Assembly: GCA_051294375.1 (NCBI GenBank)
Contig: CM119265.1
Span: forward strand, 27,446,219 to 27,510,218
Direction: 5' to 3'
From: Paraspadella gotoi
Lineage: Eukaryota; Animalia; Chaetognatha
Length of the DNA stretch: 64,000 nucleotides
The position numbers and the translations under genes were made by a program. Below are positions 50,704 through 61,524 of the stretch, one piece after another. The notes beneath the pieces are model-generated. The model saw only the letters and a program-made list of their open reading frames with translations. It had not been told where the DNA came from and ran no database searches. The number at the start of each line of letters is the position of its first letter. The stretch's first letter is position 1.

Positions 50704-50855
50704 GTGACCCGGTGGGTCATAGTAATACCATTCAGCTCATGACCATAAGGTACCGGGATGGATATCCACCAATTGTACCTTCCCTGCGGGAAGCTGGAGA
50801 ACGCCCGTTAACCTCCCGGTTCCAAGTCCAGGACACGTTCAATGGCTGCTAGAGG
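50704..50855 (+). mobile_element. Diverged copy of the tRNA-derived SINE family seen at 60472-60620
   Basis: tgacccggtgggtcatagtaataccat...accataaggtaccg...ttccaagtccaggacacgttcaatggctgct aligns with the 60472 copy. Confidence 0.6.
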
Positions 50856-50899
50856 AAGTTAAAGAAGATGCGCGATAATATAACGTAACATCTCGTAGA

Positions 50900-51474
50900 A
50901 CGTAGTGAAGTGTACGTACGGAAATTTCTAAAAGTTTAATTATGAACATTGCAACATACCATCAGTTAAACATTAATTTGTAAAAAAAAAAATTAATTTC
51001 GCAGAGTAGGCTATATTTATATAAAGTACTATCCTTTTAAATTTCAAAATAGGCTTTTCTTAACTTTAATTGCAGATTTGATAAAAGAATATAAATCATT
51101 TTTAAAAATTCTTTCATTAAGTGGCGTTAAAAATTAAAAACTATATTATTATATATAAAAAGTTAATTTTCAGCTTAAAATATAGCTTTTTTAAATTTTT
51201 GACCCACTTAATGAAGGAATTTTTCAAAAAGAGTTATATTTCTTTATATCAACTTTTTATGACGAATCCAAATCTACAAAAAATCTTAGAAAACTGTTTT
51301 GAAATTTTAACATTTATTAGATTAGTACTAGTATTAATATGGTCGTTACTACGTAAATTGTAAAATTTATTATAAATTTTTTTATTACATAATGTTCATT
51401 AGTATAATGTTGTTCGTTCCCTCCCTTTTAAAATTTTAATTAAAGTTTAAATTTAGAAATTTTATTACGCCTTA
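50900..51474. mobile_element. Independent copy of the hAT-like element family (cf. 22474-23110)
   Basis: Colinear internal sequence (caacataccatcag..aacattaatttgtaaaaaaa ... aaatttagaaatttt) and right end ttattacgcctta. Flanks differ and the left end is degraded. Confidence 0.7.
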
Positions 51475-52461
51475 GTATCAAGTATAAAGCAAGTCAGTAA
51501 AGTTTTCTCAAAACCCTTTCTTAAAGAAATACAAAAAATACAAAGTCATACTACGTTCTAAATCAAACGTAGGAAGCTAAAACTTAACGAATAAAAAAAG
51601 GGCAGAGAAGTTTGAGCTGAGTGGTAAGAAGAACTCACGTAATGTGATCAAAAAATTGATAAGAGATTCCAGGGGTCTGTGGGTAAAAAGGGTCAGGGAG
51701 TAAGTGGACTTGAAGTTAGCCAACGAATGAGATATGAGTTGAGTAATTAATCCATGTTATTTAGAAAAATTGATGGATTGATGCTGTGATGTACTGATGA
51801 AGTAATTGATGGATGGATGGAGACTTGAATTCCGATCCCTTTGTTCATTAAATATCACAAGGAAATGTGAGGTAAGAAAAAGAACTTGCTCATGTGTCTA
51901 AAGATGATTCAAAAATCCGAAGAGACGATGAGGAAATAGATCCAGAGATGATTTCTGAGAAATCGATAAGAAGGTCGAAAGATGGAACTCGTTTGATGAT
52001 AACAGAACAAGAGATGGGAGGAAGAAAATAAGTATTTGATTATAAGAGATGAAAGGAAGAAACCTGCTTCAGTTGCAGATAGATAAGCTGGAGCTCTTGT
52101 GGAAAAGAGAGAGAGAGAGTGACTTTGAGAAAAAAGTGGCAGCAGAGTGCCAGGAAGTATCGTGGAAACTAAAATTCTGAAAACTGAAAGAAACGAATTT
52201 CAGTTAAAAAGGAAAAAGAGACCAAAATTCATTGGCAATAATTCGAAAAAAGATAAGACTTTTTAAACAATCAAAATGTCATATAGCCGTAAGAGCCGAA
52301 GTTCACATTAAAAGGAACTCTCGGTACTGGAAATCTGACTTAGCAAACGATTTGAAAGACAAATATTTCTCGATGTAATGAATCTTTAAAGATACATCGT
52401 ACTAAAATTTCTTTATTTTCGGAAAAATACTATTCTAACATTTACAATTCAAACGATTCTC

Positions 52462-53288
52462 AAACAATTTTGAGCAAACAATGTCGGATCTGCCCACGAT
52501 CATTATCGGTAATTTTTAATAATTAATTAATTAATAATTAATTAAATTAATTAATTAATTAATAATTAATTAATTAATTAATAAGTCAGTTTAGGTCTTT
52601 TCGTAACTAACCACGACAAAAGCAATGACGATGAGAATAATGCCAATAACGATTGACTTAATTTATTGACTTATAATTTAATTATTGATTAATTAATTGA
52701 CTAATTGATTAATTAACTCATTAATTATTTGATTAATTAATACATGTTGCCCTTATATTTAATATATAAAAAAAAGAATAATAAATTAGTGAAACAGGTT
52801 TTTGTTTTTTCCATTTAAACTCATTTCCACTCAAACGATTCCATCGAAACTTGATTTCCAGTTTAATCACACACTTTCCTACCCACATACAAAATTTCAG
52901 GTCAATCTCCCAATCCACTTATAAGCAATTTGTGTTCAAATAGTGAAATATATATATTTTTATTCCATTTAAACTCATTTCCACTCGGACGATTCCATCA
53001 AAACTTCAATCACACACTTCCCTACCCACACACAAAATTTTATTCCAATCCATCCATCCAATCACAAGTAATTTGTGTTTTTTGCTAAGGTGGGATGGAC
53101 GGACAGACAGACAGACAGAGAGACAGACGACGGACGGACGGACATCATTTTTTTTGCATAAGTCATCATAATTCGATGTTCTGACATGATATAAGGGAAT
53201 GCCCGACAATATTGAGGGGGCGTACCGACGGACGAACAAAGTGAATTATAGAGTCGGGATCTGCTGATAAGCAGATCCGACTAAAAAA
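52462..53288 (-). mobile_element. DINE-1/HINE-like non-autonomous Helentron derivative
   Basis: On the minus strand: T-run, subterminal IR gtcggatctgc with adjacent inverted copy (hairpin 53252-53282), (GTCY)n microsatellite at 53097-53143, two internal ~155-bp tandem units (~52808, ~52963), and a distal subTIR at 52483-52493. Second copy at 55623-56343. Confidence 0.72.
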
Positions 53289-53838
53289 GAACCATTTGTT
53301 ACCATTTTGCATTTTTGCAACATCCAACAATCGAAACTAAAAAAAAAACGGGAAATTCCCGCTGATGCTCATGAAAATCGTTCTTTTTTTTCTCGCCGCC
53401 AGAGGGATTTTTGTGTGTGGGTCGAGGATTAGGGAGCAATTTTTGCTGACACCATTGAATATCGGTAGTTAGCACCATGGGACGAGAGATAAACTCCTTT
53501 CTCTTCTTCTTTTTTTCTTTTTTTTTTCTTTTGAACTTTTGTTTCCATAAAATTGAAGAAAAAGAAGAAAGGCCAATTTCATTGAGTCGCGCGGTCGCGC
53601 TGCGTTTTCTTTAGCAGTATCTGGTAAAATCATAAACTGTCACTTTGTGAGTCAGTCAGTCAGTCAAACTACTTAGATCATCTCAAAACATCAAATAGCG
53701 ATCGTTGGTTGGCGATTATGCTAACTTATTTTGAAATAAAATGAATATTTTTTTTATTTGTAGAAATCATAATTTTTTTTTCAATTAAAAAAAATTTTAA
53801 AATGAATTTTGGGGAGCTTAGAAAATTGAACATAAATA

Positions 53839-54201
53839 CAGAGTGTCTCAAGCGTACTGTCACTTTACAACTGAGCGCTGTGTCAAATTGGTAAAGTGAA
53901 TTATTAATTTGATGATACCACCGGAAAGATGAGTTTATACAGTTATTTTTTGTATCTTTATAATTATGTTTGTTTGTATTTTTATTGACACAATACAATA
54001 TTTAAAATTGAAGAAAAATTATTTGCGACATTTGCTTTGAGTGCTGATAAAATGTTATATAATCGTTTAATTTTAGAAATAAAAACATAATTTAAAACTG
54101 TAAGAACTTCTGGATCCAACGAGAACAGTAAATGCAATTTTTAAAGCTGTACTGATTAACTGTATTCATTTTTAAAGAGACAGTACGCTTGAGACACTCT
54201 G
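53839..54201. mobile_element. Tc1/mariner-type MITE, 363 bp
   Basis: 29-bp TIRs cagagtgtctcaagcgtactgtc(a/t)cttta with one mismatch, flanked by TA on both sides (53837-53838 and 54202-54203). Confidence 0.92.
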
Positions 54202-55157
54202 TAGTTTATATCATTTTACTATTTTTGTGATTTACTGATGAGTAAATAAAATAAAGTTTTGTGTGAAAAAAATTATAAAATATTTGTGAAATTGGTACAA
54301 CCAATTTTACAATTTTTTCAATTAACTTGTTAATCCTAACATATCTAAAAATATACAAAAATTATCATTGTTGTTATTCATAAAAAAACTTTATTTTGTT
54401 TATGACTTTAAACGCAACAAATTGACAAATAAAATTTAAGTTGTGATGAAAGTGATGATTTTTTAACACACTTATCAACTTTAAATAGGCTATCTATAAC
54501 CGCTAATAAAAATAAAAATTTATAAAAATAATATGCAATTGCCTTTTTAATAATAAACAATTAGATATAAAATTAAATGTACTTAACTACTTGACAAAGT
54601 ATTAGCATGAATCAGGTTACTATACTAACTTTACAAAGGATATTATCAATTCATAATACAGAAATCTTAGTAAGAAAAATGGATATATTTTGGTCCACCT
54701 CAATGTACAATGGCCAAAATTGAACACTTTTTATAAAATCTAGTTCTCTCAAAAAAATTTATTTTTTCCTTCTACTACTAAATCGATTTTAAATCCAACT
54801 TTTTGAATTAATTCATAAAGTTTTTACACAAAAATTGAAATTTGATTTTTTAAGAACAGATTCTTATAAAGCTTAAAAAGTTAAATGAAAGTTAGTACTA
54901 TAATTTTTCTAAATTTTGACAACAAATTGGTTAAAAATAAAAAACTTTAAAAAATTATCAACATTATCATCAAAATAAAAAAACAAAAACAATATAAAAG
55001 TTGTAATAATAACATTTATCTAACTTTTAAAGCTCTATCAGAATCCACTAAAAAAAATTTAAACGCTTCCGTGCACTTATCTATAAGATAAATCTTAAAA
55101 CTATTTTCATTTACATATTCTAGTTTTCAACCTATTCCGGCCTAATGTACACCGTGA

Positions 55158-55320
55158 TTAGGTTGTGACCGCGGCTATGACGAGGGTATCAGCATAGCCT
55201 ATTTGGCTTGATTTAGAATTCCAGGAAAGAGGCCCTCCATTTGGATCTGTCGAATAAGCGATAAGCGGATAACGAAGATCGGTGCTATTCAGTGTATAAT
55301 TAAGGCATGGTGTAAGTCTC
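55158..55320 (-). CDS. Terminal exon of uncharacterised invertebrate-domain protein (RLTPCLNYTLNSTDLRYPLIAYSTDPNGGPLSWNSKSSQIGYADTLVIAAVTT*)
   Basis: Acceptor aacaacag, phase 2, 53 open codons to TAA at 55160-55158. Phase matches exon 55404-55500 across an 83-bp GT-AG intron. Confidence 0.82.
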
Positions 55321-55403
55321 CTGTTGTTTTTTAAAGTAATTGAAGTATCAGGCTAATTCTGTATTCATTAAAAAGAGAGTAATACTAAATGCCAGAGTTC
55401 TAC

Positions 55404-55500
55404 CTGGTGACAACCATGATCCATCCCGCTTCATCAATACAATACACACTAGATTTGAAAACGTGGAACAGCTGTCCATCTCTTGAAAACAAAAATCGCC
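55404..55500 (-). CDS. Internal exon of the same gene ((G)RFLFSRDGQLFHVFKSSVYCIDEAGWIMVVT)
   Basis: Acceptor tttacaatcttag and donor CCAG|gtagaa; 97 bp, phase 1 to phase 2; contains C-x-x-E-A-G-W-I-M-V-V. Confidence 0.82.
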
Positions 55501-55622
55501 CTAAGATTGTAAATAATACGAATCAAATATTTTTTTAGTTTATAAAGCAAGCTGGATTCTTTGGTGTTGAAAGGGGAAAAACAAAATCTTAATTTAAAGA
55601 TATTAGTTAATTTTATTAGATG

Positions 55623-56156
55623 AACAATTTGAGCAAACAATGTCGGATCTGCCTACGATAATTAAGTGGTCATCAACTAATCAGATGACAAATCATGACA
55701 TTTCTTTCCGACTTTCAATTTGTGATCTTAACCGATTATAACAAATCATAACATTACAATTAAAAAATCATAACAGACTTCTTAATAAATCAATGAAAAA
55801 ATCTATATCAATTGATCCAACTTGCATAATTTGGTCAACTTGTATAAATTGGTCAACTGGCATAATTTTTTCATAAATTTTTTTGGTGTGAATCAGCAGG
55901 GCGCCAAACCGAGTCCTTTGGGTTGGGAGGAGCTCGTGCTACCTCCGGCGCTATAGGGGCTGCTGATTCTCGGATGAGTAACGAGGTATGAAATACTACT
56001 GCTACAAGCGGAAAAGAATAACATTTTTTTATTGGCAACAACGATAATTTATTTTAAATTGGGACATTTTTTGACTGTGAATGCGAGTCTTCTTCAGCCC
56101 AATAACAATTTGTGATTTCACAATATTTTTATTCCAAAAATAATGTGTGTGAGATA

Positions 56157-56204
<48 letters not shown>

Positions 56205-56343
56205 CAGAAATTAACAATTTATCATAAATTGAGGTTCTGACATTATCTAAGTAATTTACCAACAAGATTTAGGTGTGGGACCGACGGACCGACAAAATGA
56301 ATTATAGAGTCGGAATCTGCCAATAAGCAGATCCGACTAAAAA
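55623..56343 (-). mobile_element. Second DINE-1/HINE-like element, inside intron 55501-56447
   Basis: Same termini as 52462-53288 (aacaattt.gagcaaacaatgtcggatctgcc ... gaattatagagtcgg.atctgc....agcagatccgactaaaaa) and a shared ~110-bp subterminal block; the interior differs. Confidence 0.72.
55896..55960 (-). mobile_element. Degenerate tRNA-derived SINE head nested in the HINE-like element
   Basis: Minus strand gcccctatagcgccggaggtagcacgagctcctcccaacccaaaggactcggtttggcgccctg: A-box-like, degraded B-box, and shares tcctccc.acc.aaag with 24835-24900. Confidence 0.5.
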
Positions 56344-56447
56344 TTAAGTTTTTTAGTTTTAATTCTATTTAATATCTCTTCAAATGTCTTCAGATTGTCT
56401 AAGTTTAATAAAGTGCAATCCCTTTTTCGGAATTGTTCTGTTCTTAC

Positions 56448-56580
56448 CGTTTGTTAACTTGGGGCCGACAATTGTTTTAAAATGGCCATTCCTTATAAAC
56501 CAAGAGAGTGGTTTCGTATTGTTTCCATAAAAAAGTAAGTCAACAATAGTAACACCATCTTTGTAAAACGTCAGACGCAC
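56448..56580 (-). CDS. Internal exon of the same gene (VRLTFYKDGVTIVDLLFYGNNTKPLSWFIRNGHFKTIVGPKLTN)
   Basis: Strong acceptor tttttttctgctttgtag and donor AACG|gtaaga; 133 bp, phase 0 to phase 1; joins exon 55404-55500 as G|GG. Overlaps track ORF 56380-56580. Confidence 0.82.
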
Positions 56581-57713
56581 CTACAAAGCAGAAAAAAAAT
56601 ACAGTACCTGTAGAAAATGCTTATTATTTTCTATGCCTCGAGGGTCGCGCGTTCGATTCGTCGGCCGGAGGTTGTACTGGTTTTAACATGGAGCAAGGTT
56701 TTATAAATCTCGAATGACGTAAATGTCGAATAAATGACGAATAAATCGTGCATAAGTTTATTTTTGAAGAATAAATAAATGGCGAAATCAATGTTGCATA
56801 ATAAATTGGTGTGGAAAATCCTTGGATTCCGTAAAAAATAACGGTTCATACAGCCGATATTTTCCAGAGAAAACGATTAGTGATCGAATGAACAAGTGAC
56901 GAGGTTTTTCGGCTAAAAGAAAAGTTACAAGAAAGCCACTAGAACGGTGAAAAGACTGGTCTGAAAAGGTCAACTAAATTACCAGGGGAAAAATGACCGG
57001 ACGCGAGGTCACAAAATCTTTCAGTACCGGAAACCTAGAATGTCGTAAGTCTGTACATGGAATAGCTTTTCCATTTATAGGATAAATCGCTTTAAAATGT
57101 TATAGGAAGTTGTCTAGATGTCTGGCTATTGCCCATAAAGCAATTTTTTAAATTAATAATCCTAAACCACTTAGAAATTGGGTCAAAATTTGTGTTGAAA
57201 AACTTGCATAGCTCTGATATATTTTGAAATTTTTGAATGAGTTGATTGACTGACTTAATGATTGAATTTTTTGATTTATTTACTTCCCCTGTAGAAAATG
57301 TTGACCGGACGCGAGGTCACAAAATCTTTCAGCCCCCATTTACAGACTGACGACATTCTCTGTATTTAAAAGAAAAAACCTATGTTAAAAACAAAGCAAG
57401 TGTTGTGGAAGACGATTCCGCGAGCAGTTCACCGTCCGTTGCACACAATTAAAAAAATTTACAGTAGCCTTTTTTTATACATAGTATGTTAATAATGATC
57501 ATAGAAAATGTCTAAATTTTTTAAACTATCAATTAAATTTTAGTTCAAAAATATAGTTTTTTTTGTGTATATCAATGTTCCTTGGTACAAGGCAGTTCCT
57601 CATCAACTCTTTGAATTATAATCAGCACCTTTCACTTTTATTAGACAGGATAATTAATAATAATTAATAATTAATTAAGGTAGAAACATTTCTCATTCTT
57701 TTGACTCGATACT

Positions 57714-58027
57714 CCAGCCTTATTTTCCTAGAGCATCCCGTTTTATCTTAAAAAAATGTTATTGGGTTAAGTTTTTTAGTTAGAGATTAGGTTAGAGGTT
57801 GGGTATTTGGCTATGGATAAGATTAGTGATTAAGGTTAGGGACTTGGTTTGTGATAAGAGTGAGGGATTTAGGTTAGGGTTAGAGTTTCGGGTTAGAAAT
57901 TAAGGATTATGGGTTTCTAGAGTGAGGGTTCAAAATTAAGTTATATAAGTTTAAGAATAAATTTAAATAAAATAATAAAATTAAAATAAAATTCTGTGAT
58001 AAACAAACAGAAATTGGACACTCTTGG
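57714..58027 (+). repeat. Dispersed element with degenerate TTAGGG-like central array
   Basis: ccagccttattttcctag..ttttatctta, then a ttagg/ttaggg/ttaga hexamer tract, then taaaattctgtgataaacaaacagaaat. Inverted partial copies at 48290-48400 and 60908-61118 (ctgggaaaat(a/t)aggctgga). Confidence 0.65.
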
Positions 58028-58096
58028 AAAAGAGAGCTGAGACTTCTAGGGTCATAAACTTCTGAAACTATTAAACCGGATTCTCGACTTTTGTAC

Positions 58097-58168
58097 CAGG
58101 GAATCGAGATTGGTGGGATTCCACCCGCGACTCTCGAATAAAACTGACTGAGTCTTGAAAGGATCGCA
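58097..58168 (-). CDS. Probable upstream exon of the same gene (CDPFKTQSVLFESRGWNPTNLDSL); 5' boundary uncertain
   Basis: Phase-0 donor CTG|gtacaa matches the phase-0 acceptor at 56580. The peptide fits the C..[HF][YF][RK]...L...W....I/L.. segment expected before V.L. The acceptor could be at 58168, 58196 or, with a homopolymer indel, 58245. Confidence 0.55.
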
Positions 58169-59080
58169 CTTGGCCAAAAAAAATAACAATATCGGTCTAT
58201 ATATATGTGTTGCGCGGCCGTGACTCTCTTTTCACGTGTATCTTTCTGCGCAAAGTTTTATTTCAAACAACACGAAATATACTTTGCGATCCACTCATTA
58301 ATAAATGGCGTTCAAAGCCGAAGGACGGACAGAAGGACGAATAGACGGACATCAATTTGTTTTGATTTTTTTGTTATTTTCAGTTAATCTAAGTTATTTA
58401 TCTGTTACGAAATAACGATCCTCTATATTTCGATGCTCTTTTGTTCTTTTTTTTACTAACTCAAAGATTTGCCGTCTTTTCAGCGATCACAGCGACATCT
58501 TTAGTTAGGATCATGTATTAAGATATATATACTTAAGTACAGATTCCGAGGGAGTGAAATGTAGGATTCTGATTGGTTCTTCGGGATATCGATCGATATA
58601 AAGAATAAAAGACATTATTTTTTTTAGTTATGTAATCGCATTTACTGGTCCATTTCCTGCGATGATGTCATGTCATGTCATGTCATATGATGTGATCAAA
58701 GGAAAATTCACGTAAAAATAAAGTCGCTGTGACGCAACACATTGGAATTACCGTTCTCGTTTTAATATTTTATGGTGGTATAATTAAAACATGAAAAAGA
58801 TAAACCTACATATGGACAGATTGATAGACGAACCGACCGACCGAAAAGAGTCTTATAGATTCGCTTCGCGAGGGAAAAAAGGAAAAGGAAAAAAAAAGGG
58901 AAAAAAAAGGAAAAAAAAGGGAAAAAAAAGGGAAAAAAAAGCAATCGAGAAATTTTGAAGCCGCGAACAAAACATTCTTTGAATTGAAGGGGGGAAGGAG
59001 GAGGGTGGGAAGAAGGAAACGAGAGGGGAGAGGGAGAGGGGAGACAAAGGATGGAGGAGCATGAGGAGTCATATACTCAC

Positions 59081-59265
59081 TCCTCCCGGACGCAGCCGTC
59101 CACCGATGCAGAGCCAGCGGCGCGCGGCTACCCGACGACTCAAACTTCTCCTTCCGGGCTTCTTCCGGCTCGGATTCGGGGAGAATTTTCCTCTTCTCGA
59201 TGGTGGATGTCGGGCTTCCTCCGGGATCGAAGTGCCGGAGGCGGATCTGGGGCCGGATGATCTCC
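59081..59265 (-). CDS. Candidate exon in GC/CpG-rich island, product unknown
   Basis: Strong donor GGA|gtgagt at 59080 and two open minus frames (e.g. EIIRPQIRLRHFDPGGSPTSTIEKRKILPESEPEEARKEKFESS). No pyrimidine-rich acceptor and no recognisable motif. Confidence 0.3.
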
Positions 59266-60040
59266 TCTTCTCTCTCTCTCTCATTCTCTTACTTCTCTTT
59301 TGCTTCTCTCTTGGTGCTCTTGTCGGTCTCACTCTCTATTTCTATCTTTAGCAATTTTTCCATTATTATCAGTATTTTTTTTTCAACCTAATTATTACTG
59401 CCTGAATCTCTATTGATCAATTCAAAAAACTTCTCAATAATATGATCAAGAACGCATATTTTATATGGGAAATTAGTACACAGCCGGGAGATCAAGTATG
59501 ACTCAAGAAGGTTAGTAAATCCCAAATATCGAGTGACTCGAATATGCAAATGAGATTAATGCGTCATCGTAAGGTTGAATATAAGGCAAAAGAGAGGCAT
59601 ATAACATTTCTAAATAATACTTTTTTTTTAAAAAAAACAATTAATAAAATATGTTTTAATTTGTTCTTTTGATAGTTCTGTAATAATGAAAAAATATTCA
59701 AAAAAGCTAATTAATCTTAGTTAATCCAAATTGGTTTAACACAACTAGTTTCTTTTTAATTTTAAGAAAATTATTTAAAAAATATAATCTTCTTTAATAA
59801 GCAATCAGATTGGTGCAAGAAAATTAGTATTAATAGCATATACATGAAGCAGGAGGAGAGGGAAGAAGAGGCGCGGAGAGGAGAGGAGAGGGAGAAGAGG
59901 GGAGAGGGAAAAAGAAGAGGAGGAGGAGGAGAAGGAGAAGGGGGAAGAAGAAAAACTGTTATGGAGAAAATCTGAAAAAATATTCTCAGAGGATTAACAG
60001 CGTTCGATTTTTGGTGAGTCTCCTCTCCTCTCTCTCTCGT

Positions 60041-60072
<32 letters not shown>

Positions 60073-60202
60073 CTCCTCTCTCTCCTCTGCCCTTAACCTT
60101 GAATTCGCCTTCCCTTTTCCTCTATTCGAATTTCTGTCCGCTTCCATCTGCAATGGAGATTCTTTGCGCGACGCAAAATCTCTTTAACTCTCTCTCTCCT
60201 CA

Positions 60203-60251
<49 letters not shown>

Positions 60252-60471
60252 CGCTCTATCTCTGCTCTCATTTTTGAAACTTTCATGAGTTCGACGTCGC
60301 CTTCCGATTCATATATCTTTATCGATTTTAGACATATTTTAGATATTTATTTATATTTAAATCTTTTTAGTAATACAATGACATTTTCAATAGAATCATT
60401 CAAAAAAAAAAGCTTTGAAGGTTAACAATAATAAAGTAGTCGTGAATTGCATAAGCAATATTCTTTCTGTC

Positions 60472-60620
60472 ATGACCCCGTGGCTCATTGAGTAATACCA
60501 TCGGCACATTACCATAACGTACCGAGGTCGATTCCCAATAGTTCCTACCCTACGGAAAGAGTGAAATACTTTAAACCCTGATTCCAAGCCCAAGACCCGT
60601 TCCATGGCTGCTGAGGGGGG
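60472..60620 (+). mobile_element. tRNA-derived SINE-like element
   Basis: gaccccgTGGCTCATTGAGtaataccatcgg...cgaGGTCGATTCCc has A-box- and B-box-like motifs at tRNA spacing. A homologous copy with different flanks is at 50704-50855. Confidence 0.62.
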
Positions 60621-61463
60621 CACGTTTGATACGGATAGTAGTCTTCAGCTCACTTGGCGAAGTATCAAAACTGAGAGCTGATTTAAAGGCTTCCTTTCCT
60701 TTCCTTTCCTCATCCTCTCCTCTCTCTTAACTTACCTTTTCATTCTCTCTCATCAATCTTCTTCCAAATTCTAAATTCCATTGTTTTTCTCTTTTCTCAA
60801 AATCTCTTGAAACAATTTCGACTACTTAATCCACTTTTATTCTAATCTTTACCGCTTCTCTCTTCTTAATCCACTTTTATTCTAATCTTCACCGTTTCTC
60901 TCTTCTTCTTAATCCTAACCCTAATCGCTAATTGTTAACCTTATCCCATAACCCCGAACCTTTAACCTAAAACTTATCCTCATCACTAATCACTAACCTA
61001 ATCAATAACTTACTCCCTAACTTAATCCGCGACTCTAACCGTTAACTGCGTCTTTAAACCTAAAATCAAAATCGGAATTCAAGATGAAATGGGGCTAACT
61101 GGGAAAATTAGGCTGGATGTGTGTAGTGTTGTGCAACCTTCCGTGGGTGGGTAGTTCTACTTCTGTTCACTTCTCGTGGTGGACCTCGGGGTTGTGGTCG
61201 AGTTTGTTGCGGGTGGGGTGGCTTTCGTCCTTCTCTCTCTCGTCTCTCTCTCTTGCTCCGTCTCTCTCTCTCTCTCTCTCTCTCCTCCTCCTCTACTGCT
61301 TTCTTTCTCCGTTTGTTGTTCTCATCGTTTCGTGGCGGTCGCATTTAATGTAGGCCGAACTTTAATCGGCCTTCGGGCCCTTTGGACGTTCTTTCCCGTT
61401 GCACGAGGCGGAAACCTTAAACCTTTCCTGATTATCCTTCTTCTTCTCTCTCTGCTCTCCTCA

Positions 61464-61495
<32 letters not shown>

Positions 61496-61524
61496 CTCCT
61501 CAATACTCTACTCTCTATCCCTCT

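Noticed and set aside
57760-57950. True telomere or fusion site
   Set aside because: The tract is short, highly degenerate, internal, and bounded by flanks shared with other dispersed copies.
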